In this document: positions 47,101 to 59,800 of the stretch, piece by piece
Position numbering within the stretch: the stretch's first letter is position 1
Layout: each line of letters begins with the position of its first letter
Assembly: GCA_964016885.1 (NCBI GenBank)
Contig: OZ024743.1
Location: forward strand, 131,316,001-131,380,000
DNA length: 64,000 nucleotides
Origin: Eledone cirrhosa
Taxonomy: Eukaryota
Direction of reading: 5' to 3'
The notes under the pieces: model-generated
What the model was told of the DNA's origin: nothing
The model's database searches: none
What the model saw: the letters and a program-made list of their open reading frames with translations, nothing else
Translations under genes and position numbers: made by a program

Positions 47101-49607
47101 GTTTGGTGCTTGGTTCTTGGTGTTTGGTGCTGGGTGCTTGGTGTTTGGTGTTTGGTGTTATATGCTTGGTGTTTGATGCTTGGTGCTTGGTGTTTGGTGT
47201 TTGGTGTTTGGTGCTTGGTGTTTGGTGCTTGGTGCTTGGTGTTTGGTGCTTGGTGCTTGGTGCTTGGTGTTTGGTGCTTGGTGCTTGGTGTTAGGTGTTT
47301 GGTGCTTGGTGCTTGGTGTTTGGTGTTTGGTGCTTGGTGTTTGGTGTTTGGTGTTTGGTGTTTGGTGCTTGGTACTTGGTGCTTGGTGCTTGGTGTTAGG
47401 TGTTTGGTGCTTGGTGTTTGGTGTCTGGTTTTTGGTGCTTGGTGCTTGGTGTTTGGTGCTTGCTGCTGGCTGCTTGGTGTTTGGTGCTTGGTGATTGGTG
47501 CTTGGTGTTTGGTGCTTGGTGTTTGGTGTTTGGTGCTAGGTGCTTGGTGTTTGGTGCTTGGTGCTTGGTGTTTGTACTTGGTGCTTGGTGCTTGGTTCTT
47601 GGTGTTTGGTGCTTGGTGCTTGGTGTTTGGTGCTTGGTGCTTGGTGTTTGGTGCTTGGTGTTTGGTGCTTGGTGTTTGGTGCTTGGTGCTTGGTGCTTGG
47701 TGTTTGGTGCTTGGTGTTTGGTGCTTGGTGTTAGGTGTTTGGTGCTTGGTGCTTGGTGTTAGGTGTTTGGTGCTTGGTGTTTGGTGCTTGGTGTTTGGTG
47801 CTTGGTGCTTGGTGCTTGGTGCTTGGTGTTTGGTGGTTGGTGTTTGGTGCTTGGTGTTAGGTGTTTGGTGCTTGGTGCTTGGTGTTTGGTGTTTGGTGCT
47901 TGGTGTTTGGTGTTTGGTGCTTGGTGTTTGGTGCTTTTTGCTTGGTGCTTGGTGCTTGGTGTTTGGTGCTTGGTGCTTGGTGTTTGGTGCTGGGTGCTTG
48001 GTGTTTGGTGTTTGGTGTTATATGCTTGGTGTTTGATGCTTGGTGCTTGGTGCTTGGTGTTTGGTGTTTGGTGCTTGGTGCTTGGTGTTTGGTGCTTGGT
48101 GCTTGGTGTTTAGTGCTTGGTGTTTGGTGCTTGGTGTTTGGTGCTTGGTGCTTGGTGCTTGGTGCTTGGTGTTTGGTGGTTGGTGCTTGGTGCTTGGTGT
48201 TAGGTGTTTGGTGCTTGGTGCTTGGTGTTTGGTGTTTGGTGCATGGTGTTTGGTGTTTGGTGCTTGGTGTTTGGTGCTTGGTACTTGGTGCTTGGTGCTT
48301 GGTGTTAGGTGTTTGGTGCTTGGTGTTTGGTGTCTGGTTTTTGGTGCTTGGTGCTTGGTGCTTAGTGTTTGGTGCTTGGTGCTTAGTGTTTGGTGCTAGG
48401 TGCTTGGTGTTTGGTGCTTGGTGCTTGGTGTTTGGTGCCTGGTGCTTGGTGTTTGGTGTTTGGTGTTTGGTGCTTGGTGCTTGGTGTTTGGTGTTTGCTG
48501 TTTGCTGTTTGTTGTTTGGTGTTTGCTGTTTGGTGTTTGGTGTTTGCTTTTTGGTGCTTGGTGTTTGATGCTTGGTGCTTGGTGCTTGGTGTTTGGTGCT
48601 TGGTGCTTGGTGTTAGGTGTTTGGTGCTTGGTGCTTGGTGTTTGGTGCTTGCTGCTGGCTGCTTGGTGTTTGGTGCTTGGTGATTGGTGCTTGGTGTTTG
48701 GTGCTTGGTGTTTGGTGTTTGGTGCTAGGTGCTTGGTGTTTGGTGCTTGGTGCTTGGTGTTTGTACTTGGTGCTTGGTCCTTGGTTCTTGGTGTTTGGTG
48801 CTTGGTGCTTGGTGTTTGGTGCTTGGTGCTTGGTGTTTGGTGCTTGGTGTTTGGTGCTTGGTGTTTGGTGTTTGGTGCTTGGTGCTTGGTGTTTGGTGCT
48901 TGGTGTTTGGTGCTTGGTGTTAGGTGTTTGGTGCTTGGTGCTTGGTGTTTGGTGTTTGGTGCTTGGCGTTTGGTGTTTGGTGTTATATGCTTGGTGTTTG
49001 ATGCTTGGTGCTTGGTGCTTGGTGTTTGGTGCTTGGTGTTTGATGCTTGGTGCTTGGTGCTTGGTGTTTGGTGCTTGGTGCTTGGTGTTTGTACTTGGTG
49101 CTTGGTGCTTGGTTCTTGGTGTTTGGTGCTTGGTGCTTGGTGTTTGGTGTTTGGTGCTTGGTGTTTGGTGCTTGGTGTTTGGTGCTTGGTGCTTGGTGCT
49201 TAGTGCTTGGTGTTTGGTGCTTGGTGTTAGGTGTTTGGTGCTTGGTGCTTGGTGTTTGGTGTTTGGTGCTTGGTGTTTGGTGCTTGGTGTTTGGTGTTAG
49301 GTGTTTGGTGCTTGGTGTTTGGTGTTTGGTGCTTGGTGTTTGGTGCTTGGTGTTTGGTGCTTGGTGTTTGGTGCTTGGTACTTGGTGCTTGGTGCTTGGT
49401 GTTAGGTGTTTGGTGCTTGGTGCTTGGTGTTTGGTTTTTGGTGCTTGGTGCTTGGTGTTTGGTGTTTGGGGCTTGCTGCTGGCTGCTTGGTGTTTGGTGT
49501 TTGGTGTTTGGTGCTTGGTACTTGGTGCTTGGTGCTTGGTGTTAGGTGTTTGGTGCTTGGTGTTTGGTGTCTGGTTTTTGGTGCTTGGTGCTTGGTGTTT
49601 GGTGCTT
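35040..49607. repeat. Recent near-perfect tandem duplication, period 7,284 bp (35040-42323 / 42324-49607)
   Basis: A long run of ORF entries recurs at +7284 (35160->42444, 35774->43058, 38214->45498, 41116->48400). A chimeric junction is visible at 42322-42327. Confidence 0.92.
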
Positions 49608-52600
49608 GCTGCTGGCTGCTTGGTGTTTGGTGCTTGGTGATTGGTGCTTGGTGTTTGGTGCTTGGTGTTTGGTGTTTGGTGCTAGGTGCTTGGTGTTTGG
49701 TGCTTGGTGCTTGGTGTTTGTACTTGGTGCTTGGTGCTTGGTTCTTGGTGTTTGGTGCTTGGTGCTTGGTGTTTGGTGCTTGGTGCTTGGTGTTTGGTGC
49801 TTGGTGTTTGGTGCTTGGTGTTTGGTGCTTGGTGCTTGGTGCTTGGTGTTTGGTGCTTGGTGTTTGGTGCTTGGTGTTAGGTGTTTGGTGCTTGGTGCTT
49901 GGTGTTAGGTGTTTGGTGCTTGGTGTTTGGTGCTTGGTGTTTGGTGCTTGGTGCTTGGTGCTTGGTGCTTGGTGTTTGGTGGTTGGTGTTTGGTGCTTGG
50001 TGTTAGGTGTTTGGTGCTTGGTGCTTGGTGTTTGGTGTTTGGTGCTTGGTGTTTGGTGTTTGGTGCTTGGTGTTTGGTGCTTTTTGCTTGGTGCTTGGTG
50101 CTTGGTGTTTGGTGCTTGGTGCTTGGTGTTTGGTGCTGGGTGCTTGGTGTTTGGTGTTTGGTGTTATATGCTTGGTGTTTGATGCTTGGTGCTTGGTGCT
50201 TGGTGTTTGGTGTTTGGTGCTTGGTGTTTGATGGTTGGTGCTTGGTGCTTGGTGTTTGGTGCTTGGTGCTTGGTGTTTGGTGCTTGGTGCTTGGTGTTTG
50301 GTGCTTGGTGCTTGGTGCTTGGTGTTTGGTGCTTGTTGTTTGGTGCTTGGTGTTTGGTGCTTGGTGCTTGGTGCTTGGTGTTTGGTGGTTGGTGCTTGGT
50401 GCTTGGTGTTAGGTGTTTGGTGCTTGGTGCTTGGTGTTTGGTGTTTGGTGCTTGGTGTTTGGTGTTTGGTGTTTGGTGTTTGTTGCTTGGTACTTGGTGC
50501 TTGGTGCTTGGTGTTAGGTGTTTGGTGCTTGGTGTTTGGTGTCTGGTTTTTGGTGTTTGGTGCTTGGTGATTGGTGATAGGTGTTTGGTGCTTGGTGTTT
50601 GGTGTTTGGTGCTAGGTGCTTGGTGTTTGGTGCTTGGTGCTTGGTGTTTGTACTTGGTGCTTGGTGCTTGGTTCTTGGTGTTTGGTGCTTGGTGCTTGGT
50701 GTTTGGTGCTTGGTGCTTGGTGTTTGGTGCTTGGTGTTTGGTGCTTGGTGTTTGGTGCTTGGTGTTTGGTGCTTGGTGTTAGGTGTTTGGTGCTTGGTGC
50801 TTGGTGTTAGGTGTTTGGTGCTTGGTATTTGGTGCTTGGTGTTTGGTGCTTGGTGCTTGGTGCTTGGTGCTTGGTGTTTGGTGGTTGGTGTTTGGTGCTT
50901 GGTGTTAGGTGTTTGGTGCTTGGTGCTTGGTGTTTGGTGTTTGGTGCTTGGTGTTTGGTGTTTGGTGCTTGGTGTTTGGTGCTTTTTGCTTGGTGCTTGG
51001 TGCTTGGTGTTTGGTGCTTGGTTCTTGGTGTTTGGTGCTGGGTGCTTGGTGTTTGGTGTTTGGTGTTATATGCTTGGTGTTTGATGCTTGGTGCTTGGTG
51101 TTTGGTGTTTGGTGTTTGGTGCTTGGTGTTTGGTGCTTAGTGCTTGGTGTTTGGTGCTTGGTGCTTGGTGCTTGGTGTTTGGTGCTTGGTGCTTGGTGTT
51201 AGGTGTTTGGTGCTTGGTGCTTGGTGTTTGGTGTTTGGTGCTTGGTGTTTGGTGTTTGGTGTTTGGTGTTTGGTGCTTGGTACTTGGTGCTTGGTGCTTG
51301 GTGTTAGGTGTTTGGTGCTTGGTGTTTGGTGTCTGGTTTTTGGTGCTTGGTGCTTGGTGTTTGGTGCTTGCTGCTGGCTGCTTGGTGTTTGGTGCTTGGT
51401 GATTGGTGCTTGGTGTTTGGTGCTTGGTGTTTGGTGTTTGGTGCTAGGTGCTTGGTGTTTGGTGCTTGGTGCTTGGTGTTTGTACTTGGTGCTTGGTGCT
51501 TGGTTCTTGGTGTTTGGTGCTTGGTGCTTGGTGTTTGGTGCTTGGTGCTTGGTGTTTGGTGCTTGGTGTTTGGTGCTTGGTGTTTGGTGCTTGGTGCTTG
51601 GTGCTTGGTGTTTGGTGCTTGGTGTTTGGTGCTTGGTGTTAGGTGTTTGGTGCTTGGTGCTTGGTGTTAGGTGTTTGGTGCTTGGTGTTTGGTGCTTGGT
51701 GTTTGGTGCTTGGTGCTTGGTGCTTGGTGCTTGGTGTTTGGTGGTTGGTGTTTGGTGCTTGGTGTTAGGTGTTTGGTGCTTGGTGCTTGGTGTTTGGTGT
51801 TTGGTGCTTGGTGTTTGGTGTTTGGTGCTTGGTGTTTGGTGCTTTTTGCTTGGTGCTTGGTGCTTGGTGTTTGGTGCTTGGTGCTTGGTGTTTGGTGCTG
51901 GGTGCTTGGTGTTTGGTGTTTGGTGTTATATGCTTGGTGTTTGATGCTTGGTGCTTGGTGCTTGGTGTTTGGTGTTTGGTGCTTGGTGCTTGGTGTTTGG
52001 TGCTTGGTGCTTGGTGTTTAGTGCTTGGTGTTTGGTGCTTGGTGTTTGGTGCTTGGTGCTTGGTGCTTGGTGCTTGGTGTTTGGTGGTTGGTGCTTGGTG
52101 CTTGGTGTTAGGTGTTTGGTGCTTGGTGCTTGGTGTTTGGTGTTTGGTGCTTGGTGTTTGGTGTTTGGTGCTTGGTGTTTGGTGCTTGGTACTTGGTGCT
52201 TGGTGCTTGGTGTTAGGTGTTTGGTGCTTGGTGTTTGGTGTCTGGTTTTTGGTGCTTGGTGCTTGGTGCTTAGTGTTTGGTGCTTGGTGCTTAGTGTTTG
52301 GTGCTAGGTGCTTGGTGTTTGGTGCTTGGTGCTTGGTGTTTGGTGCCTGGTGCTTGGTGTTTGGTGTTTGGTGTTTGGTGCTTGGTGCTTGGTGTTTGGT
52401 GTTTGCTGTTTGCTGTTTGTTGTTTGGTGTTTGCTGTTTGGTGTTTGGTGTTTGCTTTTTGGTGCTTGGTGTTTGATGCTTGGTGCTTGGTGCTTGGTGT
52501 TTGGTGCTTGGTGCTTGGTGTTTGGTGTTTGGTGCTTGGTGCTTGGTGTTTGGTGCTTGCTGCTGGCTGCTTGGTGTTTGGTGCTTGGTGATTGGTGCTT

Positions 52601-53899
52601 GGTGTTTGGTGCTTGGTGTTTGGTGTTTGGTACTAGGTGCTTGGTGTTTGGTGCTTGGTGTTTGGTGCTTGGTGTTAGGTGTTTGGTGCTTGGTGCTTGG
52701 TGTTTGGTGTTTGGTGCTTGGCGTTTGGTGTTTGGTGTTATATGCTTGGTGTTTGATGCTTGGTGCTTGGTGCTTGGTGTTTGGTGCTTGGTGTTTGATG
52801 CTTGGTGCTTGGTGCTTGGTGTTTGGTGCTTGTTGCTTGGTGTTTGTACTTGGTGCTTGGTGCTTGGTTCTTGGTGTTTGGTGCTTGGTGCTTGGTGTTT
52901 GTTGTTTGGTGCTTGGTGTTTGGTGCTTGGTGTTTGGTGCTTGGTGCTTGGTGCTTAGTGCTTGGTGTTTGGTGCTTGGTGTTAGGTGTTTGGTGCTTGG
53001 TGCTTGGTGTTTGGTGTTTGGTGCTTGGTGTTTGGTGCTTGGTGTTTGGTGTTAGGTGTTTGGTGCTTGGTGTTTGGTGTTTGGTGCTTGGTGTTTGGTG
53101 CTTGGTGTTTGGTGCTTCGTGTTTGGTGCTTGGTACTTGGGGCTTGGTGCTTGGTGTTAGGTGTTTGGTGCTTGGTGCTTGGTGTTTGGTTTTTGGTGCT
53201 TGGTGCTTGGTGTTTGGTGTTTGGGGCTTGCTGCTGGCTGCTTGGTGTTTGGTGTTTGGTGTTTGGTGCTTGGTACTTGGTGCTTGGTGCTTGGTGTTAG
53301 GTGTTTGGTGCTTGGTGTTTGGTGTCTGGTTTTTGGTGCTTGGTGCTTGGTGTTTGGTGCTTGCTGCTGGCTGCTTGGTGTTTGGTGCTTGGTGATTGGT
53401 GCTTGGTGTTTGGTGCTTGGTGTTTGGTGTTTGGTGCTAGGTGCTTGGTGTTTGGTGCTTGGTGCTTGGTGTTTGTACTTGGTGCTTGGTGCTTGGTTCT
53501 TGGTGTTTGGTGCTTGGTGCTTGGTGTTTGGTGCTTGGTGCTTGGTGTTTGGTGCTTGGTGTTTGGTGCTTGGTGTTTGGTGCTTGGTGCTTGGTGCTTG
53601 GTGTTTGGTGCTTGGTGTTTGGTGCTTGGTGTTAGGTGTTTGGTGCTTGGTGCTTGGTGTTAGGTGTTTGGTGCTTGGTGTTTGGTGCTTGGTGTTTGGT
53701 GCTTGGTGCTTGGTGCTTGGTGCTTGGTGTTTGGTGGTTGGTGTTTGGTGCTTGGTGTTAGGTGTTTGGTGCTTGGTGCTTGGTGTTTGGTGTTTGGTGC
53801 TTGGTGTTTGGTGTTTGGTGCTTGGTGTTTGGTGCTTTTTGCTTGGTGCTTGGTGCTTGGTGTTTGGTGCTTGGTGCTTGGTGTTTGGTGCTGGGTGCT

Positions 53900-56800
53900 T
53901 GGTGTTTGGTGTTTGGTGTTATATGCTTGGTGTTTGATGCTTGGTGCTTGGTGCTTGGTGTTTGGTGTTTGGTGCTTGGTGTTTGATGCTTGATGCTTGG
54001 TGCTTGGTGTTTGGTGCTTGGTGCTTGGTGTTTGGTGCTTGGTGCTTGGTGTTTAGTGCTTGGTGTTTGGTGCTTGGTGTTTGGTGCTTGGTGCTTGGTG
54101 CTTGGTGCTTGGTGTTTGGTGGTTGGTGCTTGGTGCTTGGTGTTAGGTGTTTGGTGCTTGGTGCTTGGTGTTTGGTGTTTGGTGCTTGGTGTTTGGTGTT
54201 TGGTGCTTGGTGCTTGGTGTTTGGTGCCTGGTGCTTGGTGTTTGGTGTTTGGTGTTTGGTGCTTGGTGCTTGGTGTTTGGTGTTTGCTGTTTGCTGTTTG
54301 TTGTTTGGTGTTTGCTGTTTGGTGTTTGGTGTTTGCTTTTTGGTGCTTGGTGTTTGATGCTTGGTGCTTGGTGCTTGGTGTTTGGTGCTTGGTGCTTGGT
54401 GTTTGGTGTTTGGTGCTTGGTGCTTGGTGTTTGGTGCTTGCTGCTGGCTGCTTGGTGTTTGGTGCTTGGTGATTGGTGCTTGGTGTTTGGTGCTTGGTGT
54501 TTGGTGTTTGGTGCTAGGTGCTTGGTGTTTGGTGCTTGGTGCTTGGTGTTTGTACTTGGTGCTTGGTCCTTGGTTCTTGGTGTTTGGTGCTTGGTGCTTG
54601 GTGTTTGGTGCTTGGTGCTTGGTGTTTGGTGCTTGGTGTTTGGTGCTTGGTGTTTGGTGTTTGGTGCTTGGTGCTTGGTGTTTGGTGCTTGGTGTTTGGT
54701 GCTTGGTGTTAGGTGTTTGGTGCTTGGTGCTTGGTGTTTGGTGTTTGGTGCTTGGCGTTTGGTGTTTGGTGTTATATGCTTGGTGTTTGATGCTTGGTGC
54801 TTGGTGCTTGGTGTTTGGTGCTTGGTGTTTGATGCTTGGTGCTTGGTGCTTGGTGTTTGGTGCTTGGTGCTTGGTGTTTGTACTTGGTGCTTGGTGCTTG
54901 GTTCTTGGTGTTTGGTGCTTGGTGCTTGGTGTTTGGTGTTTGCTGTTTGGTGTTTGGTGCTTGGTGTTTGGTGCTTGGTGCTTGGTGCTTAGTGCTTGGT
55001 GTTTGGTGCTTGGTGTTAGGTGTTTGGTGCTTGGTGCTTGGTGTTTGGTGTTTGGTGCTTGGTGTTTGGTGCTTGGTGTTTGGTGTTAGGTGTTTGGTGC
55101 TTGGTGTTTGGTGTTTGGTGCTTGGTGTTTGGTGCTTGGTGTTTGGTGCTTGGTGTTTGGTGCTTGGTACTTGGTGCTTGGTGCTTGGTGTTAGGTGTTT
55201 GGTGCTTGGTGCTTGGTGTTTGGTTTTTGGTGCTTGGTGCTTGGTGTTTGGTGTTTGGGGCTTGCTGCTGGCTGCTTGGTGTTTGATGCTTGGTGATTGG
55301 TGCTTGGTGTTTTGTGCTTGGTGTTTGGTGTTAGGTGTTTGGTGCTAGGTGCTTGGTGTTTGGTGCTTGGTGCTTGGTGCTTGGTGTTTGGTGTTTGGTG
55401 TTAGGTGCTTGATGCTTGGTGTTTGGTGCTTGGTGCTGGGTGGTTGGTGTTTAGTGCTTGGTGTTTGGTGCTGGGTGCTTGGTGTTTGGTGCTTGGTGCT
55501 TGGTCTTTGGTGCTTGGTGTTTGGTGTTTGGTGCTTGGTGCTTGGTGCTTGGTGTTTGGTGCTTGGTGCTTGGTGTTTGGTGCTTGGTGCTTAGTGTTTG
55601 GTGCTTGGTGCTTAGTGTTTGGTGCTAGGTGCTTGGTGTTTGGTGCTTGGTGCTTGGTGTTTGGTGCCTGGTGCTTGGTGTTTGGTGTTTGGTGTTTGGT
55701 GCTTGGTGCTTGGTGTTTGGTGTTTGCTGTTTGCTGTTTGTTGTTTGGTGTTTGCTGTTTGGTGTTTGGTGTTTGCTTTTTGGTGTTTGGTGTTTGCTGT
55801 ATGTTGGTTGCTGTTTGGTGTTTGGTGTTTGCTGTTTGGTGCTTGGTGTTCGGTGCTTGGTGCTTGGTGTTTGGTGCCTGGTGCTTGGTGCTTGGTGCTT
55901 GGTGTTTGGTGTTTGGTGCTTGGTGCTTGGAGTTTGGTGTTTGGTGCTTGGTGCTTGGTGTTTTGTGTTTCGTGTTTGGTTTTTGGTGCTTGGTGCTTGG
56001 TGTTTGGCGTTTGGTTCTTGGTTCTTGGTGTTTGGTGTTTGGCGTTTGGTGTTTGGTGCTTGGTGCTTGGTGTTTGGTGCTTGGTGCTTGGTGTTTGGTG
56101 CCTGGTGCTTGGTGCTTGGTGTTTGGTGTTTGGTGCTTGGTGCTTGGTGCTTGGAGTTTGGTGTTTGGTGCTTGGTGCTTTGTGTTTTGTGTTTGGTGTT
56201 TGGTTTTTGGTGCTTGGTGCTTGGTCCTTGGTGTTTGGTGCTGGGTGCTTTGTGTTTGGTGCTTGGTGCTTGGTGTTTGGTGTTTGCTGCTTGGTGTTTG
56301 ATGCTTGGTGCTTGGTGCTTGGTGTTTTGTGTTTGGTGCTTGGTTCTTGGTGTTTGGTGCTTGGTGCTTGGTACTTGGTGTTTGTACTTGGTGCTTGGTG
56401 CTTGGTGTTTGGTTCTTGGTTCTTGGTGTTTGGTACTTGGTGCTTCGTGCTTGATGTTTGGTGTTTGGTGCTTGGTGTTTGGTGCTTGGTGCTTGGTGCT
56501 TGGTGTTAGGTGTTTGGTGCTTGGTCCTTGGTGTTTGGTGCTTGGTGTTTGGTGTTTGCTGTTTGGTGTTTGGTGTTTGGTGTTTGGTGTTTGCTGTTTG
56601 GTGTCTGCTTTTTGGTGTTCAGTGTTTGCTGTATGGTGTTTGGTGTTTGCTGTTTGGTGTTTGGTCTTTGGTCCTTGGTGTTTGGTGCTTGGTGCTTGGT
56701 GTTTGGTGTTTGGTGCTTGGTGCTTGGTGTTTGGTGTTTGGTGCTTGGTGTTTGGTGTTTGGTGCTTGGTGTCTGGTGCTTGGTGTTTGGTTTTTAGTGC

Positions 56801-59800
56801 TTGGTGTTTGGTGTTTGGTGTTTGGTGTTTGGTGCTTGGAGCTTGGTGTTTGGTGTTTGGTGCTTGGTATCTGGTGCTTGGTGTTTGGTGTTTGGTGCTT
56901 GGTGTTTGGTGTTTGGTGTTTGGTGCTTGGTACTTGGTGTTTGGTGTTTGGTGCTTGGCGTTTGGTGTTTGGTGTTATATGCTTGGTGTTTGATGCTTGG
57001 TGCTTGGTGCTTGGTGTTTGGTGCTTGGTGTTTGATGCTTGGTGCTTGGTGCTTGGTGTTTGGTGCTTGGTGCTTGGTGTTTGTACTTGGTGCTTGGTGC
57101 TTGGTTCTTGGTGTTTGGTGCTTGGTGCTTGGTGTTTGGTGTTTGGTGTTTGGTGTTTGGTGCTTGGTGTTTGGTGCTTGGTGCTTGGTGCTTAGTGCTT
57201 GGTGTTTGGTGCTTGGTGTTAGGTGTTTGGTGCTTGGTGCTTGGTGTTTGGTGTTTGGTGCTTGGTGTTTGGTGCTTGGTGTTTGGTGTTAGGTGTTTGG
57301 TACTTGGTGCTTGGTGCTTGGTGTTAGGTGTTTGGTGCTTGGTGTTTGGTCTCTGGTTTTTTGTGCTTGGTGCTTGGTGTTTGGTGCTTGCTGCTGGCTG
57401 CTTGGTGTTTGGTGCTTGGTGATTGGTGCTTGGTGTTTGGTGCTTGGTGTTTGGTGTTTGGTGCTAGGTGCTTGGTGTTTGGTGCTTGGTGGTTGGTGTT
57501 TGTACTTGGTGCTTGGTGCTTGGTTCTTGGTGTTTGGTGCTTGGTGCTTGGTGTTTGGTGCTTGGTGCTTGGTGTTTGGTGCTTGGTGTTTGGTGCTTGG
57601 TGTTTGGTGCTTGGTGCTTGGTGCTTGGTGTTTGGTGCTTGGTGTTTGGTGCTTGGTGTTAGGTGTTTGGTGCTTGGTGTTTGGTGCTTGGTGTTTGGTG
57701 CTTGGTGCTTGGTGCTTGGTGCTTGGTGTTTGGTGGTTGGTGTTTGGTGCTTGGTGTTAGGTGTTTGGTGCTTGGTGCTTGGTGTTTGGTGTTTGGTGCT
57801 TGGTGTTTGGTGTTTGGTGCTTGGTGTTTGGTGCTGGGTGCTTGGTGTTTGGTGTTTGGTGTTATATGCTTGGTGTTTGATGCTTGGTGCTTGGTGCTTG
57901 GTGTTTGGTGTTTGGTGCTTGGTGTTTGATGCTTGATGCTTGGTGCTTGGTGTTTGGTGCTTGGTGCTTGGTGTTTGGTGCTTGGTGCTTGGTGTTTAGT
58001 GCTTGGTGTTTGGTGCTTGGTGTTTGGTGCTTGGTGCTTGGTGCTTGGTGCTTGGTGTTTGGTGGTTGGTGCTTGGTGCTTGGTGTTAGGTGTTTGGTGC
58101 TTGGTGCTTGGTGTTTGGTGTTTGGTGCTTGGTGTTTGGTGTTTGGTGCTTGGTGTTTGGTGCTTGGTACTTGGTGCTTGGTGCTTGGTGTTAGGTGTTT
58201 GGTGCTTGGTGTTTGGTGTCTGGTTTTTGGTGCTTGGTGCTTGGTGCTTAGTGTTTGGTGCTTGGTGCTTAGTGTTTGGTGCTAGGTGCTTGGTGTTTGG
58301 TGCTTGGTGCTTGGTGTTTGGTGCCTGGTGCTTGGTGTTTGGTGTTTGGTGTTTGGTGCTTGGTGCTTGGTGTTTGGTGTTTGCTGTTTGCTGTTTGTTG
58401 TTTGGTGTTTGCTGTTTGGTGTTTGGTGTTTGCTTTTTGGTGCTTGGTGTTTGATGCTTGGTGCTTGGTGCTTGGTGTTTGGTGCTTGGTGCTTGGTGTT
58501 TGGTGTTTGGTGCTTGGTGCTTGGTGTTTGGTGCTTGCTGCTGGCTGCTTGGTGTTTGGTGCTTGGTGATTGGTGCTTGGTGTTTGGTGCTTGGTGTTTG
58601 GTGTTTGGTGCTAGGTGCTTGGTGTTTGGTGCTTGGTGCTTGGTGTTTGTACTTGGTGCTTGGTCCTTGGTTCTTGGTGTTTGGTGCTTGGTGCTTGGTG
58701 TTTGGTGCTTGGTGCTTGGTGTTTGGTGCTTGGTGTTTGGTGCTTGGTGTTTGGTGTTTGGTGCTTGGTGCTTGGTGTTTGGTGCTTGGTGTTTGGTGCT
58801 TGGTGTTAGGTGTTTGGTGCTTGGTGCTTGGTGTTTGGTGTTTGGTGCTTGGCGTTTGGTGTTTGGTGTTATATGCTTGGTGTTTGATGCTTGGTGCTTG
58901 GTGCTTGGTGTTTGGTGCTTGGTGTTTGATGCTTGGTGCTTGGTGCTTGGTGTTTGGTGCTTGGTGCTTGGTGTTTGTACTTGGTGCTTGGTGCTTGGTT
59001 CTTGGTGTTTGGTGCTTGGTGCTTGGTGTTTGGTGTTTGCTGTTTGGTGTTTGGTGCTTGGTGTTTGGTGCTTGGTGCTTGGTGCTTAGTGCTTGGTGTT
59101 TGGTGCTTGGTGTTAGGTGTTTGGTGCTTGGTGCTTGGTGTTTGGTGTTTGGTGCTTGGTGTTTGGTGCTTGGTGTTTGGTGTTAGGTGTTTGGTGCTTG
59201 GTGTTTGGTGTTTGGTGCTTGGTGTTTGGTGCTTGGTGTTTGGTGCTTGGTGTTTGGTGCTTGGTACTTGGTGCTTGGTGCTTGGTGTTAGGTGTTTGGT
59301 GCTTGGTGCTTGGTGTTTGGTTTTTGGTGCTTGGTGCTTGGTGTTTGGTGTTTGGGGCTTGCTGCTGGCTGCTTGGTGTTTGATGCTTGGTGATTGGTGC
59401 TTGGTGTTTTGTGCTTGGTGTTTGGTGTTAGGTGTTTGGTGCTAGGTGCTTGGTGTTTGGTGCTTGGTGCTTGGTGCTTGGTGTTTGGTGTTTGGTGTTA
59501 GGTGCTTGATGCTTGGTGTTTGGTGCTTGGTGCTGGGTGGTTGGTGTTTAGTGCTTGGTGTTTGGTGCTGGGTGCTTGGTGTTTGGTGCTTGGTGCTTGG
59601 TCTTTGGTGCTTGGTGTTTGGTGTTTGGTGCTTGGTGCTTGGTGTTTTGTGTTTCGTGTTTGGTTTTTGGTGCTTGGTGCTTGGTGTTTGGCGTTTGGTT
59701 CTTGGTTCTTGGTGTTTGGTGTTTGGCGTTTGGTGTTTGGTGCTTGGTGCTTGGTGTTTGGTGCTTGGTGCTTGGTGTTTGGTGCCTGGTGCTTGGTGCT

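Larger units (their letters stand above)
29300..55250. repeat. Homogeneous HOR domain with base period 3,908 bp (559 units, five of them 6 bp)
   Basis: ORFs recur at +3908 (29308->33216, 29538->33446, 30496->34404, 36669->40577, 46673->50581, 49406-3908=45498). Landmark order is conserved. Confidence 0.9.
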
